A DNA stretch of 36,886 nt from Dehalococcoidales bacterium (GCA_028707015.1 JAQTVP010000001.1:1-36886), one strand, 5' to 3'. Counted from the stretch's first letter, positions 7,844 through 17,271 are shown. Program-made: numbers and translations. Notes: generated by a model not told the origin, from the sequence alone.

Positions 7844-9373
7844 TCAGGAGCTTGCCTGTTCCATATCCAAGATATTTTTATTTGGTATTTCAATATATTT
7901 ATCAACAACTTTGCGGAAATGGAATCCATAAACCGTAAGAGTTACCGATAAAGGAAAAGAACGGGGATGTTTTAACAAGACAGAAGCTATAAAATTCCAA
8001 TAATATCTCTTACCTTTCCCTCTTACACCTAACAACCACATAGATTTAAATAATGCCCGTAGATGATAATACTGCAATTTAGATCTTCGTCCTTTTCTCT
8101 CCGGCTTAAATTCTTTCAAGAATGTTTTAATCCTCTCATAATACTGACTTGGAGAATATATGGTATTCAATATATGTTTATAGCCATTAATCAAGGTATC
8201 ATGATTCATTTTTGGAATGAAATTCATCGAAAAATCCATATTATCTCCAGACATACCTTTTAATAACCGGTTTTCTTTTTCTAAACGATGATATAATTGG
8301 GTTCCGCGGGGCGCATTCAGCAAACCGACCATCGCTGTAACAATACCGCTTTTTTGTATGAAACTAACCTGGTTTTTGAAAATAGAGAGCGGATCGCTAT
8401 CAAAACCAACAATAAATCCTCCCTGTACTTCCAATCCATAGTTTTGTATTTTTTTCACCGAGGCAACTAAATCACGGTTTTTATTCTGGAATTTATTACA
8501 TTCCTCAAGACTCTCTTCATTAGGTGTTTCAATACCAATAAACACCCTGTTAAAGCCAGCCTCAACCATCAACCTCATTAACTCATCATCATCAGCGAGG
8601 TTGACAGAACTTTCAGTAAGAAAAGTGAATGGATAATTTCTCTCTTTCATCCATTCAATTATTGCCGGAAGCACTTCTTTCTTTAGTTTCTTTTTATTAC
8701 CAATAAAATTATCATCGACAAAAAATACAGCTTCCCGCCAACCATTAGCGTATAATGACTCCAGCTCCGCCAATACCTGTTCAGTATCTTTTGTTCGCGG
8801 GTTATGCCCATTCAAGATAATAATATCGCAAAATTCACAGTTAAATGGACACCCGCGGGAATATTGAATGGGCATTGCCGAATATTTTCTCAAATCAATC
8901 AGTGACCAACTTGGAATGGGACTCTGAGTTATATCCGGAAATTCATCAGCTATATAAATATGCCGAGCACATCCTTTCTCTAAATCACTTAAAAAGCTAG
9001 GGAGGATAACCTCCGTTTCTCCGAGCACAAAATGATCTACACCATCGAATTCATCATACCCGGTAGTAAACACTGGCCCACCGGCAACAATCTTGGTATT
9101 CAGTTTCTTACATCGGGCAATAATTTCTTTTACTGACTTTCCCTGTACAACCATCGCACTGATAAAAACGTAATCAGCCCAGATAATATCTTTTTCGGTA
9201 AGATTTGTCGCATTCATATCAACTAACTTTTTCTCCCATTTTTCAGGAAGCATAGCCGCTACTGTCAGCAAACCCAGCGGGGGATAAGCTGCCGTTTTAG
9301 CAACAAGTTTAAGGGCGTGTTGAAAACCCCAAAAAGTTTCAGGATACTTTGGGTAAACCAAAAGTATTTTCAA
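7844..9373 (-). CDS. B12-binding domain radical SAM protein (DUF4070-type C-terminus)
   Basis: N-terminal MKILLVYPKYP...PPLGLL cobalamin-binding-domain pattern. Radical SAM cluster motif CPFNCEFC (CxxxCxxC). 509 aa. Confidence 0.85.
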   Translation of the reverse strand: MKILLVYPKYPETFWGFQHALKLVAKTAAYPPLGLLTVAAMLPEKWEKKLVDMNATNLTEKDIIWADYVFISAMVVQGKSVKEIIARCKKLNTKIVAGGPVFTTGYDEFDGVDHFVLGETEVILPSFLSDLEKGCARHIYIADEFPDITQSPIPSWSLIDLRKYSAMPIQYSRGCPFNCEFCDIIILNGHNPRTKDTEQVLAELESLYANGWREAVFFVDDNFIGNKKKLKKEVLPAIIEWMKERNYPFTFLTESSVNLADDDELMRLMVEAGFNRVFIGIETPNEESLEECNKFQNKNRDLVASVKKIQNYGLEVQGGFIVGFDSDPLSIFKNQVSFIQKSGIVTAMVGLLNAPRGTQLYHRLEKENRLLKGMSGDNMDFSMNFIPKMNHDTLINGYKHILNTIYSPSQYYERIKTFLKEFKPERKGRRSKLQYYHLRALFKSMWLLGVRGKGKRYYWNFIASVLLKHPRSFPLSVTLTVYGFHFRKVVDKYIEIPNKNILDMEQASS

Positions 9374-9506
9374 AATATATCCTCCTGCTATATTACTATA
9401 GCTAGTACTTAAACAAATTTAGCTTATTATAACAATTTTTCAATAATAAAGTAAGCCGTTATAACTTCCCATAAATTCTGTCCTTCTAGTTGGCTGTATT
9501 AGAAAA

Positions 9507-9534
9507 TTGACAATCATCCTGATATCTCTATAAA
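9507..9534 (+). promoter_or_regulatory. sigma70-like promoter candidate for the tldD array
   Basis: TTGACA (9507-9512), 16-nt spacer, TATAAA (9529-9534), 34 nt before the ATG at 9568. Confidence 0.4.
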
Positions 9535-9567
9535 CTAATCTTATAATCCTCAAAGGAATAATATTTT

Positions 9568-10944
9568 ATGTCAAACATTGAATTCATTACTAATCAATTA
9601 AATGAAGCGTTTACTAAATATAATGCTGATTACATTGAAGCCCATCTTGAAGAAAGCGAAAGCAGCCACATCATCTACCGGGGAAAGAAATTAGAATCTA
9701 TCGGCAGAACAACTATTATTGGGGGGAATGTGCGAGCTCTGGTAAAGGGAGGATGGGGATTTGTCAGCTTCAACGAATACGATAATTTAACAGATAAAGT
9801 AGAACTAGCAGTAAAACAGGCACGATTAGTTGGCAAAACAGAAAGCCGACTGGCTGAGTTAGAACCAATAATTGACACAATACCAGCTAATATAGATAAA
9901 AATCCGGTAACTATACCCCTATCTGATAAAAAACAATTACTCGATGAATATAACAATATTATTTGGCATACCCCAAAACTACAAACATCAACTATCGGCT
10001 ATGGGGATAGCCATAAAAAGACAATTTTTTTAAATTCATCTGGAAGCCATATCAGCCAGGAAAGAATAGATATTACTTTACGCCTGGCAGCAGTTGCTAC
10101 CGAAGGTAATGAGATACAGCAGGTAGGCATAAGTTTAGGTAGCAGTAACGATTTTGACTCTATCAGAGGACTCCATCCACAAGTAGAACAAATGTCTCAA
10201 CACGCAGTAGAGTTACTTTCATCTCCCCAGGTAAAAGGGGGAGAATATACAGTAGTGCTAGATCCCGTCCTGGCTGGGGTCTTTGTTCATGAAGCTTTTG
10301 GGCACCTGTCTGAATCTGATTTTATTTATGAAAATGACCGAATGCGTGAGATTATGGTTCTGGGTAAAAAATTCGGCAGTAATGACCTTAATATTATTGA
10401 CGGAGCAGCCGTACCTCAACTGAGAGGCAGTTACAAATATGATGATGAAGGAGTACCAGCAACTAAAACTCACCTTATTAGGGAAGGAAAATTAGTTGGG
10501 CGGCTCCACTCTCGGGAAACAGCAGCTATAATGAATGAAAAACCAACGGGCAACGCCCGAGCAATTAACTACCGCTACCCGCCAATTGTCCGCATGACCA
10601 ACACATATATCGAACCAAAGACAACCACTTTTGAGGAAATGATAAGCGATATCAACGAAGGGATATATGCTAAAAACTGGTATGGCGGCATGACCAGTAT
10701 GGAAATGTTTACTTTTTCTGCTGGAGAAGCTTATATGATTCGGAACGGTAAGCTTGCTGAAGCACTCAGACCGGTAGTATTAACCGGTAATGTCTTTACC
10801 ACCCTCAATAATATAGATGCCATCGGCAACGATCTTGAGATGAATCAGGGAGGTGGCTGCGGCAAGGGAGCACAATCACCTCTTCCCGTTTCCAATGGCT
10901 CCCCACACATTAGGATTCGCCAGTGTCTAATCGGAGGCAAGTAA
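9568..10944 (+). CDS. tldD: metalloprotease TldD
   Basis: 458 aa. HEAFGH zinc motif (VHEAFGHLSE). C-terminal GGCGK...SP motif typical of the TldD/PmbA fold. Confidence 0.85.
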   Translation: MSNIEFITNQLNEAFTKYNADYIEAHLEESESSHIIYRGKKLESIGRTTIIGGNVRALVKGGWGFVSFNEYDNLTDKVELAVKQARLVGKTESRLAELEPIIDTIPANIDKNPVTIPLSDKKQLLDEYNNIIWHTPKLQTSTIGYGDSHKKTIFLNSSGSHISQERIDITLRLAAVATEGNEIQQVGISLGSSNDFDSIRGLHPQVEQMSQHAVELLSSPQVKGGEYTVVLDPVLAGVFVHEAFGHLSESDFIYENDRMREIMVLGKKFGSNDLNIIDGAAVPQLRGSYKYDDEGVPATKTHLIREGKLVGRLHSRETAAIMNEKPTGNARAINYRYPPIVRMTNTYIEPKTTTFEEMISDINEGIYAKNWYGGMTSMEMFTFSAGEAYMIRNGKLAEALRPVVLTGNVFTTLNNIDAIGNDLEMNQGGGCGKGAQSPLPVSNGSPHIRIRQCLIGGK

Positions 10945-12243
10945 GTGGAAGAACTCTTAGATCAAGCAAAAAAGATAGCAGAAGAAGCCGAGGTTTTTAT
11001 GGTTTCTTCTGAGGCAACACCAATTCAATTTGAAGCTAATCGCCTGAAGAGCATTCAGAACAAGCGAAGTACCAGCATTGCATTGCGTATTATTAGACAG
11101 GGTAAAATTGGTTATGCAACAACTACAGACCTGAATAATAAGCAAAATTTAGTCAGCAATGCTATGGAAACTGCAGAGTTCGGTATGCCTGCCAAGTTTA
11201 AGCTTCCCTCCACAAACTCCTATCCTAATATTGAAATTTACGATCATGCTACGGCGTCTTTATCCTTAGAAAAGATGATTGAGCTAGGCGAAAGTATTAT
11301 AACCCAAGTTAGAAATCACACTTCCGATATTATGTGCGAAGCAGACGTAACCAAGAGCATAATATCAACCCGTATCATAAATTCAAATGGGGGACAGGCA
11401 AGTTACCAGAAAAGTATCTTCAGTCTGGGTATTGAAGGAACCCTAATCCATGATACCGACATGCTTTTTGTAGGTGAAGATAAAAGTTCCTGCCACCCGA
11501 TACTAGAACCCAATGCAATTACTGAGTCAGTATTACAGCAACTTGAACTAGCTAAAAATAAGGCTTCGATACCGAGTAAATCTCTGCCGGTAGTCTTTAC
11601 TCCTAACGGGGTAGCCAGTGCCTTACTTTCACCTTTGATGACAGCTTTTAACGGCAAGACAGTCATAGAAGGAGCTTCACCGATAGGCAACAAACTTAAC
11701 CAGCAGGTTTTTGATGAAAAACTCTGGTTATGGGATGATTCTACCATAGCTTACCGGCCGAGAAGCCAGCCTTGTGACGACGAAGGTATACCCAGCCAAC
11801 GCACTCCACTTATCACACAGGGCAATATCACCAGCTTCCTTTATGACCTGCAAACCGCAGCCCTTGCCAACACCCAAAGTACCGGTAATGGTGGCCGAAG
11901 CGGCGGATTACCCAGCCCCTCCCCCAATGCCTTTATTATTAACCCGAATAGTACCACTTTTAATGAAATGGTTAAAGATATTAAGGAAGGTCTGATTATC
12001 GAGCAATTAATGGGAGCAAATCAAGGTAATATACTGGGTGGAGATTTCAGTGGCAATGTCCTGCTTGGTTATAAAATAGAAAATGGTGAAATTATTGGCA
12101 GGATAAAAGATACTATGGTTTCGGGTAACATTTATCAGGTTCTTAAAAAAATTACGGCTATTGGCAATGAAAACAAATGGGTCGGTGACCTCCTCAATGC
12201 ACCGCATATCTACTGTCCCAATCTATCAGTAGCTAGTAAGTAA
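10945..12243 (+). CDS. pmbA: TldE/PmbA, partner of TldD (no HExxH)
   Basis: 432 aa, same fold family as TldD but lacking the HExxxH motif. The GTG start abuts the tldD stop (10942-10944). Confidence 0.8.
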   Translation: MEELLDQAKKIAEEAEVFMVSSEATPIQFEANRLKSIQNKRSTSIALRIIRQGKIGYATTTDLNNKQNLVSNAMETAEFGMPAKFKLPSTNSYPNIEIYDHATASLSLEKMIELGESIITQVRNHTSDIMCEADVTKSIISTRIINSNGGQASYQKSIFSLGIEGTLIHDTDMLFVGEDKSSCHPILEPNAITESVLQQLELAKNKASIPSKSLPVVFTPNGVASALLSPLMTAFNGKTVIEGASPIGNKLNQQVFDEKLWLWDDSTIAYRPRSQPCDDEGIPSQRTPLITQGNITSFLYDLQTAALANTQSTGNGGRSGGLPSPSPNAFIINPNSTTFNEMVKDIKEGLIIEQLMGANQGNILGGDFSGNVLLGYKIENGEIIGRIKDTMVSGNIYQVLKKITAIGNENKWVGDLLNAPHIYCPNLSVASK

Positions 12244-12285
12244 AGATATTTATCAGGACGGATTAAAAGAGAGGCAGATAACATA

Positions 12286-13083
12286 ATGAGTAGATTAGTT
12301 AAGCTTCACGCTAGACCAAAGCTTAATTCACCAAATATGCTGGCCAGCTGGCCCGGCATCAGCAATGTTTCCATGATTGTGGCAAAATACCTGAAAAAAA
12401 AGCTGGAGTTTAAAAAATTAGCCGAGGTTGAGGCTTTTCACTTTTTTGATCCCATCGGAGTGTCTGTTGAGAATAGTATAATAGAAGCACCACGTTTTCC
12501 AAAAAGTGAGTTTTTCTACTGGAAAAACAGGAGCGGAGGTAACGATATTATATTATTTATCGGTGAGGACCAACCTGCGGCAAAAGGGTATGAACTAGCT
12601 AACTGTGTCCTTGATATGGGAATAAGATTTCAGGTTAAAAGAATATATACCTGTGCGGCCGCTTTAACTCGCATTCACCATACCGAAGAACCCAATGTTT
12701 GGGGAGTAGCCACCAACCAACAGGTGGCTGAAGATTTAAACACGTATAACTTACTACGCAGTGGGAACCTGCATATCGCCGGATTAAACGGATTATTGCT
12801 GGGCTTAGCTAAAGAAAAAGACATGGATGGTACCTGTCTGCTTGGTGAAGTACCAATGTACGCTACCAAGATAGAAAACCCCATGGCTGCTCTGGCTATA
12901 CTCAAGGTTTTAACTAAAATACTGGACATTGAAATTAATACGTCCGATTTGTCACAGCTAGCTGAGGAAACAAAAGAAAGAATGAAACAAGCAGCGGCAA
13001 CAGCTATGGGAGAATATATAGACTATTTTACTGAACCTATCTGGGAATACGGAACAGAAGAGGAAGAGGAAGAAGAAGAGTAA
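12286..13083 (+). CDS. PAC2 (proteasome assembly chaperone 2-like) family protein with poly-Glu tail
   Basis: 265 aa. The N-terminal pattern ...L.SP.MLASWPGI.NV...., ..LLGEVP.Y is as I remember it for bacterial/archaeal PAC2 (COG2047-like) proteins. Ends ..EYGTEEEEEEEE. Confidence 0.6.
   Translation: MSRLVKLHARPKLNSPNMLASWPGISNVSMIVAKYLKKKLEFKKLAEVEAFHFFDPIGVSVENSIIEAPRFPKSEFFYWKNRSGGNDIILFIGEDQPAAKGYELANCVLDMGIRFQVKRIYTCAAALTRIHHTEEPNVWGVATNQQVAEDLNTYNLLRSGNLHIAGLNGLLLGLAKEKDMDGTCLLGEVPMYATKIENPMAALAILKVLTKILDIEINTSDLSQLAEETKERMKQAAATAMGEYIDYFTEPIWEYGTEEEEEEEE
13057..13080 (+). repeat. (GAR)8 tract encoding eight consecutive Glu at the PAC2 C-terminus
   Basis: gaa gag gaa gag gaa gaa gaa gag followed by taa. 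Confidence 0.95.
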
Positions 13084-13099
13084 AAAACCGGAAAGTATT

Positions 13100-14011
13100 A
13101 TGTTATCGTCTTTTAAAGAAATCATTACTGATATGGTTGAAAATAGTAGGCCTCTACTCAATTCCGAACTGATTTGCTTATCCAATATCAGCCCCGAAGA
13201 ATCAGAGCTATTTACAACAATTCAGTTAAAACGGCGACGGGAAATTATATATCGGCTGGTTGAGCTTAGTAAGGATAATATTGAGCTTAATTTTGATAAG
13301 ATATTCAAGAGATGCCTGAGTGATGAGGATGCTTGTTTGCGGAATAAAGCCATCGAGGGTTTGTGGGAAAATGAAGAAGCATCTCTGGTCAACCCCTTGG
13401 CTAATCTGCTGGAGAATGACAGTTCAGAAAAAGTACAAGCAGCAGCAGCTACCGCTTTGGGTATATTTGCCTTGTTAGCTGAATATAATAAACTGCGTTC
13501 CTGTTATATATCCAGAGTGTACCAAGTTCTACTAACTACAGTTGATGATAAAAAGAAATCCATAAATATAAGGCGTTGTACGTTGGAAGCAATAGCTCCA
13601 CTGAATTGCCCCGAGGTACAAAATGTTATTAAAGAAACTTATAAAGGTCAAAACTCTAAACTTAGAATCAGTTCTATTCGCGCAATGGGTAAAAACTGTG
13701 ACCAACTCTGGCTACCAATACTATTAAAAGAATTATCTAGCACCGATGTTAAAATACGCTACGAAGCAGCCTGGGCATGCGGTGAATTGGGAGAAGACAA
13801 AGCAGTTCCCAAGCTCATCAATCTTACATATGACTCTGATATTAGTGTGCAGTTAGCCGCTATTCATGCCCTGGGTAAAACAGGTGGTAATATTGCCAAG
13901 GAATACTTGGAACAGTATCTGAATTACCCAAGTGAGACAATAAGTATGGCAGCAGAACAAGCTTTACAGGAATTAGAAGCATGGGGAGACCCATTCTCTT
14001 TCCAATCCTAG
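13100..14011 (+). CDS. HEAT-repeat (PBS-lyase-type HEAT) protein
   Basis: Repeated ..D....VR..A...LG.. units, for example DVKIRYEAAWACGELGEDKAVPKLINLTYDSDISVQLAAIHALGKTGG. Confidence 0.7.
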   Translation: MLSSFKEIITDMVENSRPLLNSELICLSNISPEESELFTTIQLKRRREIIYRLVELSKDNIELNFDKIFKRCLSDEDACLRNKAIEGLWENEEASLVNPLANLLENDSSEKVQAAAATALGIFALLAEYNKLRSCYISRVYQVLLTTVDDKKKSINIRRCTLEAIAPLNCPEVQNVIKETYKGQNSKLRISSIRAMGKNCDQLWLPILLKELSSTDVKIRYEAAWACGELGEDKAVPKLINLTYDSDISVQLAAIHALGKTGGNIAKEYLEQYLNYPSETISMAAEQALQELEAWGDPFSFQS

Positions 14012-14024
14012 AGTTAAGTTTAAT

Positions 14025-14552
14025 ATGATTACTGGCAGTAAAATTATACTCCGCAGCAAATTATTAGATGACGCCCTGAACGACTACGCATGGCAAACTG
14101 ACGACGAACTATCACACCTTGACGCCGCTCGACCGTTAGACATCAATTTTATGGAATATTTTTCAGTTTATAAAAGGCAGCTGCGCTACCCGTCATTAAT
14201 CAGCCATCAGTTTGCTATTGAAACTCCAGATGGTAATCATATCGGTAACTGCTCATTTTATCATTTTGATGAAAACAAAAGCGAAACTGAACTGGGAATT
14301 ATGATTGGTAACCGCCATTACTGGGATAAATGTTATGGCACTGATGCCATAAATACTCTGGTCAACCATATTTTCAGTCAAACCAGTATCAAGCACATAT
14401 ATTTAAAGACGCTGGATTCTAATATACGGGCACAAAAATGTTTTCACAAATGCGGCTTTACTAAATATGGTCATTCCGCTATGGGTGTTTATAAATTTAC
14501 ATTAATGGAGATATACCGCAGTAATTGGGAAAAACAGCAACAAAAAACCTGA
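14025..14552 (+). CDS. GNAT family N-acetyltransferase (RimJ/RimL-like)
   Basis: 175 aa. ..ELGIMIG....W.KCYGTDA...L..H.F......I.L.....N..A.K.F.KCGF is the GNAT motif A/B pattern. Confidence 0.7.
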   Translation: MITGSKIILRSKLLDDALNDYAWQTDDELSHLDAARPLDINFMEYFSVYKRQLRYPSLISHQFAIETPDGNHIGNCSFYHFDENKSETELGIMIGNRHYWDKCYGTDAINTLVNHIFSQTSIKHIYLKTLDSNIRAQKCFHKCGFTKYGHSAMGVYKFTLMEIYRSNWEKQQQKT

Positions 14553-14736
14553 TTTTCTACATTTAACTATAACGTAAATATTAATGTTATTTTTCCGATA
14601 GTAATCCGGCCATAATAACCTATAGTCTAGCCTTAATTTACCGCCTTGCCGGCAGTAAAAGTCATTTTTAAACACAATTGTCCACACTTTAATTTTAAAT
14701 ATGCTATTATATTGATGAATCAGGAGTTATACAGTA

Positions 14737-15762
14737 ATGAAAGCAATTGAGTGGATGGGTAATACAGCAAAAATTCTAGACCAGACACAACTTCCTCATA
14801 AAGAAGTTTTTCTAGAGCTTGCCCGCTACCAGGATATGGTTTCAGCCATCACAGAATTGAAAATAAGGGGTGCACCTGCCATTGGGGTGGCTGGAGGTTA
14901 TGGAGCGGCTTTGGGCGCCCTGAAAATTAAAACTGCATCAATAAGCGAATTCCAGAGAGAATTTCACACGGTTTGCCAAAAACTCGCTGCCACCCGTCCC
15001 ACCGCCAAGAACCTTTTTCTGGCTCTGGAGCGAATGGAAAATACAGCCAGTAAAATCACCGATATAAAACAGGCTAAAGAGATACTGGTTGCGGAAGCGA
15101 TTAAAATACATAATGAAGAGATTGAAGCCACGCGTAAGCTGAGCCGACTCGGTGCAGAGCTGATTAAAGACGGCGCTACCATTCTGACCCACTGTAACGC
15201 CGGACCACTGGCAACCACCGGCTACGGTACCGCGCTGGGCGTAATCATACAAGCCAAAGAGCAGGGGAAAAAGATTAAGGTATTTGCCGATGAAACCCGC
15301 CCGCTGCTGCAGGGAGCACGGCTGACCACCTGGGAACTGAAGAATGCCGGCGTACCGGTTACCCTGATTACGGACTCTATGGCAGGCTATTTTATGAGCC
15401 AGAGAAAAATCAGCTGCGTTATTGTGGGAGCAGACCGCATCACCACCAATGGCGATACCGCCAACAAAATCGGCACCTACAGCGTGGCAGTGCTGGCAAA
15501 GGAGAACAACATACCTTTCTACGTGGCGGCGCCAACCACCACCTTTGACCTGTCCCTGGCCAGCGGCGAGTTAATCCCCATTGAAGAGAGAAAAGCAAAT
15601 GAAGTAACCCATTTTCAGGGGGTAAGCACCGCCCCGGAGGGCATCAGCGTAGCTAACCCCGCTTTTGACGTTACACCGCACCGCTATATCACCGCTATCA
15701 TTACGGAAAAAGGGATATTACGAAAGCCATTTGAAGAGGGGATAAGGAGAATGCTGAAGTGA
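14737..15762 (+). CDS. mtnA: S-methyl-5-thioribose-1-phosphate isomerase
   Basis: 341 aa. eIF-2B-like fold signatures IRGAPAIGV, THCNAG.LAT..YGTALG, GADRITTNGDTANKIGTY. Confidence 0.9.
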   Translation: MKAIEWMGNTAKILDQTQLPHKEVFLELARYQDMVSAITELKIRGAPAIGVAGGYGAALGALKIKTASISEFQREFHTVCQKLAATRPTAKNLFLALERMENTASKITDIKQAKEILVAEAIKIHNEEIEATRKLSRLGAELIKDGATILTHCNAGPLATTGYGTALGVIIQAKEQGKKIKVFADETRPLLQGARLTTWELKNAGVPVTLITDSMAGYFMSQRKISCVIVGADRITTNGDTANKIGTYSVAVLAKENNIPFYVAAPTTTFDLSLASGELIPIEERKANEVTHFQGVSTAPEGISVANPAFDVTPHRYITAIITEKGILRKPFEEGIRRMLK

Positions 15763-16421
15763 AGGATTTAATAAGCATATGTAACTTTTGGAAAAAGCAT
15801 AAGGTTAAGATTTTAACAGTTTTGGTAGTCATTCTATTATTTTATGCAATAGGAATAAAGTTTAATTTATTAAAGAGTATCCTAAACATTAATGTAAATA
15901 GTGATCTTGTCAATATTATTTCGGTTACTGGCGTTTTATTAGCAGTATTTGTTGCCTGGAAACAGCTAGGCTCTATCAATAAGCATAATAGACATGCTAT
16001 TTTCCTGCAATTACTAAAGGAACTAGGAGAACGAGATAAAAGAAAGAGCAGGCGACTAATCCTTGAACTATACGAGGAAACTAACCTTAAAGATATTAAA
16101 GAAATAATAGGAGACTCTAAAAAACATTACTATCGCATTAAAAACGGCAGAACAAGTATTGATGAATATAGGGATGCCATTGAGGAAACAATTAGCTTTC
16201 TAGATAGACTAAGTTATTTCTTAATAAAAGGCGGAAATGAATTTATAAAAGATGCTCCTATTTGGATCTGGACAATAACCTCACAGATGTATGAAAAAAC
16301 GGATTGGTATATTGACTTCAGGGAGAAAACGCACCCAGGATATGTCAAATATTTTAAAGAGTTAAATAAAATAGCAGAAGAGGAATTGAAAAAACAGGAG
16401 GACAACCATGCCACAGGCTAA
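15759..16421 (+). CDS. hypothetical membrane-anchored protein (DUF4760-like by eye)
   Basis: 220 aa. Two N-terminal hydrophobic helices (ILTVLVVILLFYAIGI; IISVTGVLLAVFVAW) precede a charged helical domain. AAGGAG SD (15744-15749) lies 9 nt before the GTG. The start overlaps the mtnA stop (GTGA) and the 3' end overlaps the mtnP start by 14 nt. Confidence 0.55.
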   Translation: MKDLISICNFWKKHKVKILTVLVVILLFYAIGIKFNLLKSILNINVNSDLVNIISVTGVLLAVFVAWKQLGSINKHNRHAIFLQLLKELGERDKRKSRRLILELYEETNLKDIKEIIGDSKKHYYRIKNGRTSIDEYRDAIEETISFLDRLSYFLIKGGNEFIKDAPIWIWTITSQMYEKTDWYIDFREKTHPGYVKYFKELNKIAEEELKKQEDNHATG

Positions 16422-17271
16422 AATCGGGGTAATCGGGGGCACGGGGCTTTATGATATTGAGGGGCTGACTGATATTGAAGAGGTTAATATTGATACACCC
16501 TTCGGCAAGCCCAGTGACAGCATCACCATCGGCACGCTGGAGGGCAAAAGAGTCGCCTTTCTGCCCCGCCACGGCAAGGGGCACCGCATCTCCCCCAGTG
16601 AGCTGCCGGTAAAGGCTAACATCTATGCCCTCAAATCACTCGGAGTAGAGCACATCATCGCCGTCTGCTCGGCAGGGAGCTTCAAGCAGGAGATAAAGCC
16701 GGGAGACCTCGTTATACCTGACCAGATCATTGACCGCACCAAAGGACGGGAAAGCACCTTTTTTACTGACGGCATCGTGGCACACATCGCCTTTGCCGAC
16801 CCCTTCTGTGAAACATTATGTCAAATATTATATGAATCCGCTCAAGAAACGGGCGCCAGCGTGCACCCCAAAGGCACCTATGTCACCATGGAAGGACCTG
16901 CCTTCTCCACCAGAGCTGAATCCCGCCTCTACCGCTCCTGGGGAGCAGACCTCATTGGCATGACCGCTCTGCCCGAAGCCAAACTGGCACGTGAAGCCGA
17001 GATTTGCTATGCTATGATTGGGTGCGCCACCGATTATGACAGCTGGTGGCAACCGGGAGAACCGGTAACTATAGATATCATCCTGAGCACACTATTTAAA
17101 AATATCAGCACCGCCAGGCAGATTATCAAACTGGCGGTAAGCAAGATAGCAGATGAACGCATTTGTACCTGTGCCAATGCTCTTGAGATGGCAATTGTTA
17201 CCGCACCAGAGCAGATACCAGCGGCACAAAAAGAAAAGCTGGACCTGCTCATCGGTAAATATATTAAATAA
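16408..17271 (+). CDS. mtnP: S-methyl-5'-thioadenosine phosphorylase
   Basis: 287 aa. IGVIGGTGLYD, PFGKPSD, FLPRHG.GH...PSE are MTAP signatures. AGGAGG SD 6 nt upstream. Confidence 0.9.
   Translation: MPQAKIGVIGGTGLYDIEGLTDIEEVNIDTPFGKPSDSITIGTLEGKRVAFLPRHGKGHRISPSELPVKANIYALKSLGVEHIIAVCSAGSFKQEIKPGDLVIPDQIIDRTKGRESTFFTDGIVAHIAFADPFCETLCQILYESAQETGASVHPKGTYVTMEGPAFSTRAESRLYRSWGADLIGMTALPEAKLAREAEICYAMIGCATDYDSWWQPGEPVTIDIILSTLFKNISTARQIIKLAVSKIADERICTCANALEMAIVTAPEQIPAAQKEKLDLLIGKYIK

Noticed and set aside
14553-14736. SAM riboswitch or other leader upstream of mtnA (and of ahcY/metK)
   Set aside because: I could not find the conserved SAM-I core elements or any extended stem architecture. 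Only short 5-bp GC pairings (ccggc/gccgg) occur. The ahcY and metK upstream gaps (26 and 18 nt) are too short. A covariance-model scan is needed to be sure.
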